Below, piece by piece: positions 9,265 to 18,951 of a DNA stretch of 64,000 bases (the stretch's first letter is position 1; every line of letters begins with the position of its first letter). Under the pieces are notes generated by a model, which was not told where the DNA came from, made no database searches, and saw only the letters and a program-made list of their open reading frames with translations. Origin of the DNA: Thermoanaerobaculia bacterium. GTDB lineage: Bacteria; Acidobacteriota; Thermoanaerobaculia; Multivoradales; Multivoraceae. The stretch is taken from contig DATKBT010000030.1 of NCBI GenBank assembly GCA_035546295.1, positions 17,134 to 81,133 on the forward strand, read 5' to 3'. A program made the position numbers and the translations under genes.

Positions 9265-10557
9265 ATGGCGGTTCGGGAACAGCGGCGAGACGGACGCGCA
9301 GGGGCCTGGCCTGCCGAAGAACCCGCTCGCGAGCCGGCTCGCGAACGTCTCCGTGGCCGCAGGTTCCTGCGCGCCCTGCTCCGCTACGGCGCCATCTCGT
9401 CGCTGATCGGGATCGGCATCGTGCTCTTCAACAGCCTGGACACGCCGCAAGCCCTGCACCCCCGCGCGCTGCTGGCCGGAGCGCTGCTCGGCTTCTTCCT
9501 GAGCACCCTCAGCCTGGTCGCCGAGGCGCTGCTGCTGGCGGTCGTCCCGGTCGACACCAGCCGCCGCGGCGTCCTCCTCCGCCTGCTGGCGTACTTCCTT
9601 GGCGGGATGGCCGGTTGCGCTGTAGCGATCGCGGTATCGCAATCGATCCTCGGTTACCGGCTGTTCGCCGACAACCCCGACAGGCTCTACACGCTCCTCG
9701 TGTTCGGCGGCCTGTCGGGAGCCATCGGGCTCACCTTCATGACGATTGCGCGGCTGCGCTATCGGCTCGAGCAGAGCGTCGCCGAGCTCAAGGAGCGCGA
9801 GTTCGCGGCCAAGGAGCTCGAGACCGCCCGCGAGATCCAGCAGCGGCTCCTGCCGCCGCCGGACTCGCGGGGGGTGGGCTACCGGATCGCGGCACGCAAT
9901 CGCGCCGCGCGCATCGTGGGCGGCGACTTCTACGACGTCTTCCGGCTGAGCGACGGCTCGCTCGGGCTGGCGGTGGCCGACGTCGCGGGCAAAGGGTTGG
10001 GGGCGAGCCTGATCATGGCCTCGGTCAAGGCGATGCTGCCGCTGGTGGCGGCGGATCGAGGAGTTGCGGCGGCGCTGCGCGAGCTCAACCTGCGCCTCCA
10101 GGAGGAGCTCGGTCCCCGGGAGTTCGTGGCGCTCGCCTACGTCCGGTTCGAGCCGGCGAGCGGTCGGCTCGAGCTCGCCAACGCGGGCCTCCCCGATCCC
10201 CTCCTGCTCGGTCCCGGCGGCGCCCTGCGTGAGCTCGAGGTGCCGGGGCCGCGGCTGCCGCTCGGTGTCCGCGCGCCGATCGAGTACGACAGCCTGACGG
10301 TGGAGCTGGCCGTCGGCGAGCGCCTGCTGCTCTACACCGACGGGCTGGTCGAGGTGCGCGACCGCGAGGACCTCCTCGGATTCGATCGCCTCCGTACGCT
10401 CATCGCCGGGGTCGAGGACGGCGATCCGAGCCGCTTCCTCGACGAGGTCCTGCGGCGGATCGTCCAATTCGCAGACGGTGTGCTCGACGACGACTGCACC
10501 GCGCTCGTCCTCGAGCGTGAATGCGGGGCTTCGGCTGCCTCTCTCGGGGCGGCTTGA
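9265..10557 (+). CDS. Membrane-anchored PP2C/SpoIIE (RsbU-like) phosphatase
   Basis: Four N-terminal TM segments; AREIQQRLLP, VGGDFYD, VADVAGKG, YTDGL, DDCT. Confidence 0.9.
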   Translation: MAVREQRRDGRAGAWPAEEPAREPARERLRGRRFLRALLRYGAISSLIGIGIVLFNSLDTPQALHPRALLAGALLGFFLSTLSLVAEALLLAVVPVDTSRRGVLLRLLAYFLGGMAGCAVAIAVSQSILGYRLFADNPDRLYTLLVFGGLSGAIGLTFMTIARLRYRLEQSVAELKEREFAAKELETAREIQQRLLPPPDSRGVGYRIAARNRAARIVGGDFYDVFRLSDGSLGLAVADVAGKGLGASLIMASVKAMLPLVAADRGVAAALRELNLRLQEELGPREFVALAYVRFEPASGRLELANAGLPDPLLLGPGGALRELEVPGPRLPLGVRAPIEYDSLTVELAVGERLLLYTDGLVEVRDREDLLGFDRLRTLIAGVEDGDPSRFLDEVLRRIVQFADGVLDDDCTALVLERECGASAASLGAA

Positions 10558-11963
10558 TGCGGCGCGAGCTCGCCGGCTGGCTGCTCGTGCTCCTGGCGCT
10601 TTCGCTCCTGCTCGGGTTCGTCTGGCTCTCCTGGCGCCCCGAGCACCGGGTGTTCGAGCGGATCGCAGAGTGGCCGCTCCTGGGTCCCGGCGTCGAGCGC
10701 CTGCGGCAGCGTTACCTGCCGCCGCCCTCGAGCGACCGGGACGTCTCGTTCGTGACTGGCGGGGGCTCCGAGGGCGGCGGGGAAGAGTTCGCGGCCGAAG
10801 CGCCTTCCGTCCCCGAATGGGTCTACCTCGGCATCGGCGCCGCCCTGCGCGAGGCCCCGAGCGCCGACGCCACGATGATGGTCAAGACCGTACGTCTCGG
10901 CCAGTACCGGGTGCTCGAGCGCACTCCTCCCTGGGTGCGCGTCACGTTGCACGACGGGCGCGAGGCTTGGGTCGATCTCGAGGCGCCGCGCGATCGCACG
11001 CCCCCGTTGGGCAGCGCGCCGACCCCGCCGGGGCCGCTGCCGGCGCGTCCACCGGCACCCGAGGTGCTGGCGCTCGCCGACTCGCTGCTGGTCGGACCGA
11101 GGAGCGAGCGCGAGGCGGGCGGCTATCGCCTGCGCTCGGACGTGCTCGAGGCCGGTCTGCTCGAGCGATTGGGCGAGCAGCTCGAGCCGCTCGAGGAGAT
11201 CTACACGGAGCGCTACGGGATGCGCCCGGTCGGCCGGCCCGCCGAGACCATCGTGGTGTTCGCGCTCGAGAGCTCGTACCGCCGCTTCGAGAGCCGGGTG
11301 CCCGAGCTGCGCGGCGTGGGCAGCACCGGGCATGCGGTCGGAGGCCTGGCCGCCCTCTACGTCGGCAGCCACAGCGAGCGGCAGGTGCTGTCGACGGCCG
11401 TGCACGAGGTCACCCACCTGCTGAATCGAAGAGCGCTGGGTCCGGCGCTCCCCCCCTGGCTCGAGGAGGGGCTCGCCGACGAGATGGCGCTGCTCGGGCT
11501 TGCGCGCTCGAGCGGCCCCGGATCCCCCTACGCCGGCTCGCTCGAGCTCGCTGGCGACACGATCCGCGGCAGCGGACCGATGGCTGGCCTTGCGCTGCTG
11601 CTCGACTGGATGGACGCCGGCGAGCTGCCCTCCCTCGAGTCGTTGCTCGCCCAGGACTGGCAGGACTTCCGCGCAGCGCCGGGGGGGAGAGCGCTCTACA
11701 ACCAGAGCGGGTTCTTCCTCCACTACCTCCTCGAGCGCGAGGAGCGTCCGGCTCTGCGGGAGGGCTTCCGCTCGTTCCTGGCCGCCGTGGCGAACGGCGA
11801 GCCGCCGAGCGGCGAGCGTTTGATCGCCGAGCTCGGCGCCGCCTGGCCGGAGCTGGAGAGGGACTTCAGGAGCTGGCTCGTCGAGGAGGGGGAGGAGGTC
11901 GGTGCGGGGCTGCTACGCCGGCGTCCGCCGGCGGCGCAGGACGAGGCCCGCTCGTCGCCCTGA
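10557..11963 (+). CDS. Membrane-anchored protein with SH3-like region and gluzincin-like (DUF1570/peptidase MA) motif
   Basis: N-terminal TM; ALREAPS..WVRVTLHDGREAWV (SH3b-like); VHEVTHLL..PPWLEEGLADE; start overlaps the previous stop (TGATG). Confidence 0.65.
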   Translation: MRRELAGWLLVLLALSLLLGFVWLSWRPEHRVFERIAEWPLLGPGVERLRQRYLPPPSSDRDVSFVTGGGSEGGGEEFAAEAPSVPEWVYLGIGAALREAPSADATMMVKTVRLGQYRVLERTPPWVRVTLHDGREAWVDLEAPRDRTPPLGSAPTPPGPLPARPPAPEVLALADSLLVGPRSEREAGGYRLRSDVLEAGLLERLGEQLEPLEEIYTERYGMRPVGRPAETIVVFALESSYRRFESRVPELRGVGSTGHAVGGLAALYVGSHSERQVLSTAVHEVTHLLNRRALGPALPPWLEEGLADEMALLGLARSSGPGSPYAGSLELAGDTIRGSGPMAGLALLLDWMDAGELPSLESLLAQDWQDFRAAPGGRALYNQSGFFLHYLLEREERPALREGFRSFLAAVANGEPPSGERLIAELGAAWPELERDFRSWLVEEGEEVGAGLLRRRPPAAQDEARSSP

Positions 11964-11995
11964 GGGTGCTCGCGCCGCGGTGTAGAGTGCCGCCG

Positions 11996-12703
11996 ATGAA
12001 GGTCCGCCTGCTCGCCTTCGCCAGCGCCAGCGACGCGGTCGGCGCCTCCGAGCTCGAGCTCGAGCTGGACCCGGGATTCACGGTCGCGCAGCTCAAGGCC
12101 CGCCTCGAGCGAGAGCACCCCACGCTCGCCGGCCTTTGGGGGCGCATCGCGGTGGCTGTCGATGGCGAGCTGGCCGCCGACGCAGACCAGCTCGAGGAGG
12201 GCTCCGAGGTGGCCTTGCTGCCCCCGGTCTCGGGCGGCTCGGGCGCCGATCGGCCGGTCGGCGCTCGCGTCGCGATCACCGAGGAGCCGCTCGACGTCGC
12301 AGCGGTCACGGCTACGGTCGCGGGCGCCGACTGCGGCGCCGAGGTCCTCTTCCTCGGGGTGGTGCGCGATCATCACGGTGGGCGTCGGGTCGAGCGGCTG
12401 ACCTACACCGCCTACCGGCCGATGGCGCTCGAGCGGATGCGACGGATCGCCGCCGAGCTCGAGCAGGAGAGCGGCGGCCCGACCCGCGTCGCCATCGTGC
12501 ATCGTCTCGGCACCCTCGAGCCGGGGGTCCCGAGCGTGGCGATCGCGGTCGCCTCGCCGCATCGACAGGAGGCGTACGAGGCGAGCCGGCGCGCGCTCGA
12601 GCGGCTCAAGGCCGAGGTTCCGATCTGGAAGCGCGAGCACTACGCCGGGGGAGACGCGTCCTGGCGCGAGGAGGAGTCGCTGGCCTCTGAGTGTGCTGGC
12701 TAG
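11996..12703 (+). CDS. moaE: Molybdopterin synthase MoaD-MoaE fusion
   Basis: MKVRLLAFAS..VALLPPVSGG (MoaD), then GAEVLFLGVVRD, VHRLG, ASPHRQEAY, LKAEVPIWKRE (MoaE). Confidence 0.93.
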   Translation: MKVRLLAFASASDAVGASELELELDPGFTVAQLKARLEREHPTLAGLWGRIAVAVDGELAADADQLEEGSEVALLPPVSGGSGADRPVGARVAITEEPLDVAAVTATVAGADCGAEVLFLGVVRDHHGGRRVERLTYTAYRPMALERMRRIAAELEQESGGPTRVAIVHRLGTLEPGVPSVAIAVASPHRQEAYEASRRALERLKAEVPIWKREHYAGGDASWREEESLASECAG

Positions 12704-12713
12704 CTCATGTTCC

Positions 12714-12817
12714 CTAAGGTCGACTAGGCCTGAAATCGTTGATTGCAGGCCGTTTGGGTCCTGCTTGAATCGAACTTTGACCCCTTTGGGAACTTCCTGC
12801 TGGCCTAGTCGACCTAG
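12714..12817 (-). mobile_element. MITE-like palindromic module B (inverted, diverged copy)
   Basis: Perfect 14-bp inverted repeat AGGTCGACTAGGCC (12717-12730) / GGCCTAGTCGACCT (12802-12815). The reverse complement shares CTAGGTCGACTAGGCCAGC.GGAAG and GGTCAAAGTTCGAT with loci 48170 and 61710. Confidence 0.7.
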
Positions 12818-13077
12818 AGGCCGGTCGGTTTTCTCCCCCCCAGCCCCCGAGGGGGAGCCTCGCAGGCGCCCGACACTGGAGGAGTCGAGTCCTGCGCCGC
12901 TCGGCCATCGAGAGGTGATGGCGCGTCGAAGGGGCTCCGGCACGCCATCTGCGCGAGGACGCGATCCGGAATCGCTGCGACCGACGTGCACGGGCTCCCG
13001 CTTGCGGCCTCGATGAGCCGAGGGAGCGCTGCCCCCGTGTACCCGCCACGACCGCACTTCGTATCATCGAGCCCGCC

Positions 13078-14745
13078 ATGCCCGAGATCCGCTCCTCGCT
13101 GAAGAAGGACGACGCCTTCGCCCGCCGTGCCGCCCACTGGCGGGCGCGGGTCGACGAGATGCGTGCCGTCGAGGACCTCTTGCGCCTGGGGGGCGGCGAC
13201 GAGGCCCAGGACAAGCAGCGCGCGCGGGGGAAGATGACGGCGCGTGAGCGGGTCGAAACGCTGCTCGACGATGAGGCCGGCTTCCTCGAGCTCGGGCTGT
13301 GGTCGGCCTGGGGCCAGTACGAGGAATGGGGCGGGGCGCCGGCGGCCGGGGTCGTGGTCGGCATCGGCACGATCTCGGGCCGCGACGCGATCGTGGTCGC
13401 CAACGACGCCACGGTGAAGGCGGGGGCGTGGTTCCCGGCGACCTGCAAGAAGGTCTTGCGCGCCCAGGAGATCGCGCTCGAGAACCGCCTGCCCATCGTC
13501 TACCTCGTGGACTCCGCCGGTGTCTTCCTGCCGCTGCAGGACGAGATCTTCCCCGACCGCGACCACTTCGGGCGCGCCTTCTACAACAACGCCCGGCTGT
13601 CGGCCGAGGGCGTCTTCCAGATGGCGGCGATCATGGGCTCGTGCGTCGCCGGCGGCGCCTACCTGCCGATCATGAGCGACGAGTCGCACATCGTCGAGGG
13701 CACCGGCTCGATCTTCCTCGCAGGCTCGCACCTGGTGAAGGCCGCGATCGGCGAGCAGGTCGACAACGAGGAGCTGGGCGGCGCGGTCGTCCAGTGCGAC
13801 GTCTCCGGCGTGGTCGACCACCGGCACCCCGACGATGCCGCCTGCCTGCGCAAGATCCGCGAGCAGTTCGCTCAGCTCGGCGAGGACCCGCGGCCGGTGC
13901 CCTTCGCCCGCCGGGACTCCCGCGAGCCGGCGTACCCGATGGAAGAGCTCTACGGGATCCTGCCGATCGAGCGGACCCGCCCCTACGAGACGCGCGAGCT
14001 GCTGGCCCGCCTGCTCGACGCCAGCGAGCTCGAGGAGTACAAGGAGACTTACGGCCGAACCCTGATCTGCGGCACCGGCTGGATCGACGGCTGGGCGGTC
14101 GGCGTGGTCGCCAACCAGCGTTCGATCGTCGAGCGGCGGACCGGGGCCGCGGCGGCCGATCGCGAGCTGCAGATCGGCGGCGTCATCTACTCGGAGTCCG
14201 CCGACAAGGCGGCGCGGTTCGTCGAGCTGTGCAACCAGAAACGCATCCCGCTGCTGTTCCTCCAGGACACCACCGGGTTTATGGTCGGCTCGCGCGCCGA
14301 GCGAGGCGGAATCATCAAGGACGGCGCCAAGCTGGTGAACGCGGTCGCCAACTCGGTCGTGCCGAAGCTCACCCTGTTCGTCGGCAACTCGTTCGGCGCC
14401 GGCAACTACGCGATGTGCGGCAAGGCGTATGGGCCGCGGCTGCTGTTCGCCTGGCCCTCGGCGACGATCTCGGTGATGGGCGCCGACCAGGCGAGCCAAA
14501 CCCTGCTCTCGATTCAGCTCAAGAACCGGGGCGACGAGGTGTCGGAGGAGCAGAAGCAGAAGTTGCTGGCGGACGTCCGCGCGCGCTACCAGGCGGCCAC
14601 CGACCCGCGCTACGCGGCGAGCCGGCTCTGGGTCGACGGGATCATCGACCCCGCCGACACGCGCAAGGTCGTCTCCGCCAGCCTGCGAGCGGCCTCCCAC
14701 CGGCGCGAGCTCGAGGACTTCAAGGTCGGAGTGCTCCAGACGTGA
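13078..14745 (+). CDS. Acyl-CoA carboxylase carboxyltransferase (beta) subunit, MCC/LiuB-like
   Basis: RGKMTARERV, ANDATVKAGAWF, GSCVAGGAY, FLQDTTGFMVG, IIKDGAKLV, GNSFGAGNYAMCG, WVDGIIDP. Confidence 0.92.
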   Translation: MPEIRSSLKKDDAFARRAAHWRARVDEMRAVEDLLRLGGGDEAQDKQRARGKMTARERVETLLDDEAGFLELGLWSAWGQYEEWGGAPAAGVVVGIGTISGRDAIVVANDATVKAGAWFPATCKKVLRAQEIALENRLPIVYLVDSAGVFLPLQDEIFPDRDHFGRAFYNNARLSAEGVFQMAAIMGSCVAGGAYLPIMSDESHIVEGTGSIFLAGSHLVKAAIGEQVDNEELGGAVVQCDVSGVVDHRHPDDAACLRKIREQFAQLGEDPRPVPFARRDSREPAYPMEELYGILPIERTRPYETRELLARLLDASELEEYKETYGRTLICGTGWIDGWAVGVVANQRSIVERRTGAAAADRELQIGGVIYSESADKAARFVELCNQKRIPLLFLQDTTGFMVGSRAERGGIIKDGAKLVNAVANSVVPKLTLFVGNSFGAGNYAMCGKAYGPRLLFAWPSATISVMGADQASQTLLSIQLKNRGDEVSEEQKQKLLADVRARYQAATDPRYAASRLWVDGIIDPADTRKVVSASLRAASHRRELEDFKVGVLQT

Positions 14746-15476
14746 GCTGCCCCGAGGATCATCGCTGGCTGCTGTTGTTCGACATCGACGGCACGCTGCT
14801 GCGCTGCGGGCGCGAAGTGGGGGTCGCCTTCTTCGAGGCCCTCGGCGAGGTGTTCGGGATCGCGGCCGCACTGCGCGCCCGCGAGGCCGCCCCCGGCTAC
14901 AGCTTCGCCGGGCGCACCGATCCACGGATCGTCATCGACCTGATGGCGGCGGCCGGCGTCGAGCGCGAGGAGTGCGTCGTCTGCCTCGAGTCGGTGCGCG
15001 CCGTCTACCTCGAGCGGCTCGCTCGGCGCTTCGACCCCTCGCGCACCAGGGTGTTCCCCGGCGTCGAGCGCCTGCTCGAAGGCCTGGCCGCGTGCGAGCA
15101 CCTGACGCTGGCGCTGCTCACCGGCAACTGGGAGGGGGGTGCGCGAGTCAAGCTGGCCAGTGCTCGCCTCGAGGGCTTCTTCGCATTCGGCGCCTTCGGC
15201 GACGACGGGATCGAGCGGCGAGAGCTCCCGCCGGTCGCGCTCCAACGCGCGCGGGTGTTCCTGGGCGCCGAGGCGGCCCCGGACCGGGTGGTCGTGATCG
15301 GCGACACCCGGCACGACGTCGACTGCGCGCAGGCGCACGGCCTGAGGGTGCTGGCGGTGGCGACCGGGCGCGACGACGAGGACTCGCTGCGCGCCGCCGG
15401 CGCGCACTGGGTGACGCCGACGCTCGAGCGGCTCCCCGCCGACCTTCCCTGGCTGGTCGGGTCGGGGGTGGCGTGA
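14742..15476 (+). CDS. HAD-superfamily hydrolase
   Basis: LFDIDGTLL, LLTGN, GAFGDD, VIGDTRHDV; GTGA overlap with the upstream stop. Confidence 0.88.
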   Translation: MSCPEDHRWLLLFDIDGTLLRCGREVGVAFFEALGEVFGIAAALRAREAAPGYSFAGRTDPRIVIDLMAAAGVEREECVVCLESVRAVYLERLARRFDPSRTRVFPGVERLLEGLAACEHLTLALLTGNWEGGARVKLASARLEGFFAFGAFGDDGIERRELPPVALQRARVFLGAEAAPDRVVVIGDTRHDVDCAQAHGLRVLAVATGRDDEDSLRAAGAHWVTPTLERLPADLPWLVGSGVA

Positions 15477-16576
15477 GCGAGCAGGACATCGGCGTCGGGC
15501 CCGGAGCGGGCAAAGCGGCGCGTCCCCTGGCCCTCCGGTCCTGGCACCTCGCGCGCGGCGCGGTCCTCGGCGAGCGCCGCGGGAGCGAGCTCCCCCTCCA
15601 CTACGGCGATCCCGAGGGCGAGCTCGAGACGCTGCGAACCGGCTGTGCGTTCGTCGACCGCAGCGACTCCGGCCGGCTCGAGCTGCTCGGCGAGGATCGC
15701 CGGCGATTCCTCAACGGGCTGATGACCTGCGACCTGGCACGTCTCGAGGAAGGCGCGGGCGCCTACGGCTTCGCCACCGACGGCAAGGGCAGGATCCTGG
15801 CGGATCTCACCGTGCTCGCCCAACAGGACCGGTTCTGGCTGGAGACGCCCGGGGGCCGAGAGAGCGTCCTCGCCGAGCACCTGCTTCGCTACCGGGTGGC
15901 GGATCGGGTCGAGGTGGCGCTGCTTCGGGACCTCCTGCCGATCACCATCGCCGGCGGTGGGCTCGACGACGCCCTCTCGGCGGCCGGCCTCGAGCCGCCG
16001 CGGGGTGACGGAGGAGCTCTGCGGCATGGGCCTGCCGAGTGGCTCGGCCAGGAGCTCCATCTCGCCTGGAGCGATCGGCTCGGGACGCGGGCGCTTTCGG
16101 TCTGGACGGCGCGCCCGGCCGCCGCCACCGTGGCAGATGCGCTGCTCGAGCGGCTCGCAGCGTCGCCGGTCGGCGACGAGGCCTGCGAGGTGCTGCGCCT
16201 CGAGGCCGGGATCCCTCGTTACGGCGTCGACTTCGACGACTCGAACCTGCCGGGCGAGGTCGGCACCGTCGGCACCGTCGACTGGAAGAAGGGCTGCTAC
16301 CTGGGGCAGGAGATCGTCGCCAGGATGCACTATCGCGGGCAGCCGGCGCGCGCGCTGAGGCGATTGTGCGTGGCGGGCGAGGCGATGCCCGAGCGCGGCG
16401 CGAGCGTGATCTTCGAGGAGCGAGCGGCCGGCGAGATCACCAGCGTGGTGCGTTCGCAGCGCGACGGCGTGCTCGCGCTGGCGATGCTCCAGCGGCGCGC
16501 CAACGAGGCGGGTACGAAGGTCCAGGTCGAAGGCTGCGGTCCGGCGCGCGTCGAGCTGCTGCCGGCGTCGGCCTGA
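15473..16576 (+). CDS. ygfZ: YgfZ/GcvT-like folate-binding Fe-S cluster-associated protein
   Basis: Signature KGCYLGQE; DRRRFLNGLMTCD; LRLEAGIP. Confidence 0.88.
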   Translation: MSEQDIGVGPGAGKAARPLALRSWHLARGAVLGERRGSELPLHYGDPEGELETLRTGCAFVDRSDSGRLELLGEDRRRFLNGLMTCDLARLEEGAGAYGFATDGKGRILADLTVLAQQDRFWLETPGGRESVLAEHLLRYRVADRVEVALLRDLLPITIAGGGLDDALSAAGLEPPRGDGGALRHGPAEWLGQELHLAWSDRLGTRALSVWTARPAAATVADALLERLAASPVGDEACEVLRLEAGIPRYGVDFDDSNLPGEVGTVGTVDWKKGCYLGQEIVARMHYRGQPARALRRLCVAGEAMPERGASVIFEERAAGEITSVVRSQRDGVLALAMLQRRANEAGTKVQVEGCGPARVELLPASA

Positions 16577-16823
16577 GGTGACCGACACCTGGCCGTGTCG
16601 CACTGAGCCCATGGACCGCCGTGCGGCGTCGGGCCCGTCGAGAGCGCCCGCTGTCCATCGCCACTGGCAAGTTCGGATGGGCGACGGAGTCGGCCGGCAG
16701 GGGACGCCGCCCGCCACGGGCTCGGGCGTGGCGTTGCGCGGCCGCGACGGGCGCGGCTCTTGGGCTCGGGGCGTCAGGCCGCCTTCGATCGGGTCGCCTG
16801 GGCGCTCGACGGGCGAAGCCGGG

Positions 16824-17270
16824 CTACATCGCGAAAGAGCTGCCGCAGCCGCAAGTCCCGCTGGCGCGCGGATTCTCGAACTTGAAGCCGGTGCCCGAGA
16901 CGCCGAGGGCGTAGTCGATCGTGGTGCCGGCGAGGTAGCGCGAGCTGATCGGGTCGACGAACACCCTCAGCCCTTCGTACTCGATCACCTCGTCGTTGGG
17001 ACGCTCCTCGTTCTCGAAGTCGAGCGCGTACTCGAAACCGCTGCAGCCGCCGCCTCGAACGGCGACGCGCAGGCCGAAGCTGGGATCGATGCCCTCCTCC
17101 TCGCGGGTGAGCTTGACCATCTTGACCGCCTTCGGCGTCAGGACGAGGCTGTGCTCGGAGTCCTCCGCCGTGACGGGAGCGCGCCCGCGCGCCTCGTCGG
17201 TCGCGCTCGGCCGGGCGTCGCTGCCGGCCTTGCCGAGGAGCTCGTCGAGATCGAATGTTTCGTTCTGCAT
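16824..17270 (-). CDS. A-type Fe-S carrier (IscA/ErpA/HesB family)
   Basis: GGGCSGFEY, FKFENP, CGCGSSF; start placed at ATG 17270. Confidence 0.93.
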   Translation of the reverse strand: MQNETFDLDELLGKAGSDARPSATDEARGRAPVTAEDSEHSLVLTPKAVKMVKLTREEEGIDPSFGLRVAVRGGGCSGFEYALDFENEERPNDEVIEYEGLRVFVDPISSRYLAGTTIDYALGVSGTGFKFENPRASGTCGCGSSFAM

Positions 17271-17514
17271 GTTGGAACTCGCTATGGCCGCGGTGCTGCT
17301 CGTGGAGGTTCGAGACACGTCTGCCTGCGACCGGATCACGTCCGACCGTATCAACGTCAATGTACGGCCGGCGGATTCCTTCTGTCAATTCGAGCGCTGT
17401 CGATTCGAGCGCAGGCAGATCGAGCGCTGGCAGTTCGGACGCCATTCGAACGGCAGGCGAGCGGGGCTCGAATCTCGGCGAGCCTCCGGCTCCTGGTATC
17501 GTTTCGCCCCACTG

Positions 17515-18222
17515 ATGCTGCGCGCCATCCTCTTCGATTTCAACGGGGTGCTGATCGACGACGAGCCGATCCACTTCGAGCTCCTCCGGAGGGTCCTCGG
17601 AGAGGAGGGCATCGAGGTCAGCGAGGACGAGTACTACCGGGACTACGTGGGCTTCGACGACGAGGCGGGTCTTCGCTTCGCCTTCGAGAGCGCCGGGCGC
17701 CCGCTAGAGCCGATGACGCTGCGGCGGCTGTGTGTGCGCAAGGCCGCCTACTACCAGGACGCCCTGCGCGAGCGCCCCTACCCCTTCTTTCCCGGCGCGA
17801 TCGAGCTGATTCGCGAGGCCGCGATGGCGGGTCTTCCGCTGGGCATCGTGAGCGGCGCCCTGCGCTCGGAGATCGAGCCAGCGCTGCGTCAGGAGGGGAT
17901 CGACGAGGCCTTCAAGGTGGTCGTCGCGGCGGAGGACGTCGACCGGTCGAAACCGGATCCCGAGGGCTACCTGATCGGTCTCTCGCAGCTCAACGCTCGC
18001 CCGCCGCTTCCCGAGCGCCTGCTCCATCCGCACGAGGTGCTGGCGATCGAGGACACCGCGGCGGGACTGGCGGCGGCCCGAGCCGCCGGTCTCGCGACCC
18101 TGGCCGTCGCCCACACGTTGACCGCCGAGCAGCTGGCTCTCGCCGATCACGTGGTGGCGACCCTCGAGGGGATCTCCAGCGACTCGCTGATCCAGCGCTA
18201 TCAGGAGGTGAGCCGACGATGA
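17515..18222 (+). CDS. HAD family phosphatase (beta-PGM/CbbY-like)
   Basis: LFDFNGVLIDDE, KPDPEGY, IEDTAAG. Confidence 0.88.
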   Translation: MLRAILFDFNGVLIDDEPIHFELLRRVLGEEGIEVSEDEYYRDYVGFDDEAGLRFAFESAGRPLEPMTLRRLCVRKAAYYQDALRERPYPFFPGAIELIREAAMAGLPLGIVSGALRSEIEPALRQEGIDEAFKVVVAAEDVDRSKPDPEGYLIGLSQLNARPPLPERLLHPHEVLAIEDTAAGLAAARAAGLATLAVAHTLTAEQLALADHVVATLEGISSDSLIQRYQEVSRR

Positions 18223-18842
18223 GTCAGGAGCGAGCCGACCGCACCGGGGGCTCCATCGAGGTGATCACGGGTGGCATGTTCTCCGGCAAGAGCGAGGAGC
18301 TGGTCCGCAGGCTACGGCGGGCGCTGATCGCCAGGCAGCGCATCCAGGTCTTCCAGCATCAGGCCGATACGCGCTCCGCGCCCCAGCGCCTGGTCACCCG
18401 CGACAACCGGGAGCTCGACGCCGTCACCGTCTCCTCGTCGGCGGAGCTGCGCGAGAAGCTGGCCTTCGGCGTCGAGGTCATCGGCATCGACGAGGCGCAG
18501 TTCTTCGACCGGGACCTGGTGCCCCTGCTCCAGGAGCTCGCCGACCACGGTCTGCGGATCATCATCGCGGGGCTCGATCAGGATTACCGGCGGCAGCCCT
18601 TCGGGCTCATGCCCGAGCTGCTGGCGGTCGCCGAGTACGTCGACAAGATGCACGCGGTGTGCGTGCGCTGCGGTTCGCCCGCGCACTACTCGCAGCGCAT
18701 CGCCGGCGGTGAGGAGCAGGTCCAGGTCGGCGACGGCGAGTCCTACGAGGCGCGCTGCCGGCGCTGCTACGAGGTGTTCTCGGCCCAGCGCACTCCCGAG
18801 CCGGAGTCGTCTTACGCCAAGCCGGTCGCCAGAAAGAGCTGA
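18219..18842 (+). CDS. tdk: Thymidine kinase
   Basis: GGMFSGKSEEL, IDEAQFFD, AGLDQDY, CVRC..YEARCRRC. Confidence 0.96.
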   Translation: MSQERADRTGGSIEVITGGMFSGKSEELVRRLRRALIARQRIQVFQHQADTRSAPQRLVTRDNRELDAVTVSSSAELREKLAFGVEVIGIDEAQFFDRDLVPLLQELADHGLRIIIAGLDQDYRRQPFGLMPELLAVAEYVDKMHAVCVRCGSPAHYSQRIAGGEEQVQVGDGESYEARCRRCYEVFSAQRTPEPESSYAKPVARKS

Positions 18843-18951
18843 GACGGCGAAGCGCAAAATCGGAAGGACACCGCCCGGAAGCCGAGCGCCGGAACCGGCG
18901 AACCGTCGCACCGGCGGTGAGGCAGCGTGGGGACGGGACGTCGAGCCGAGC

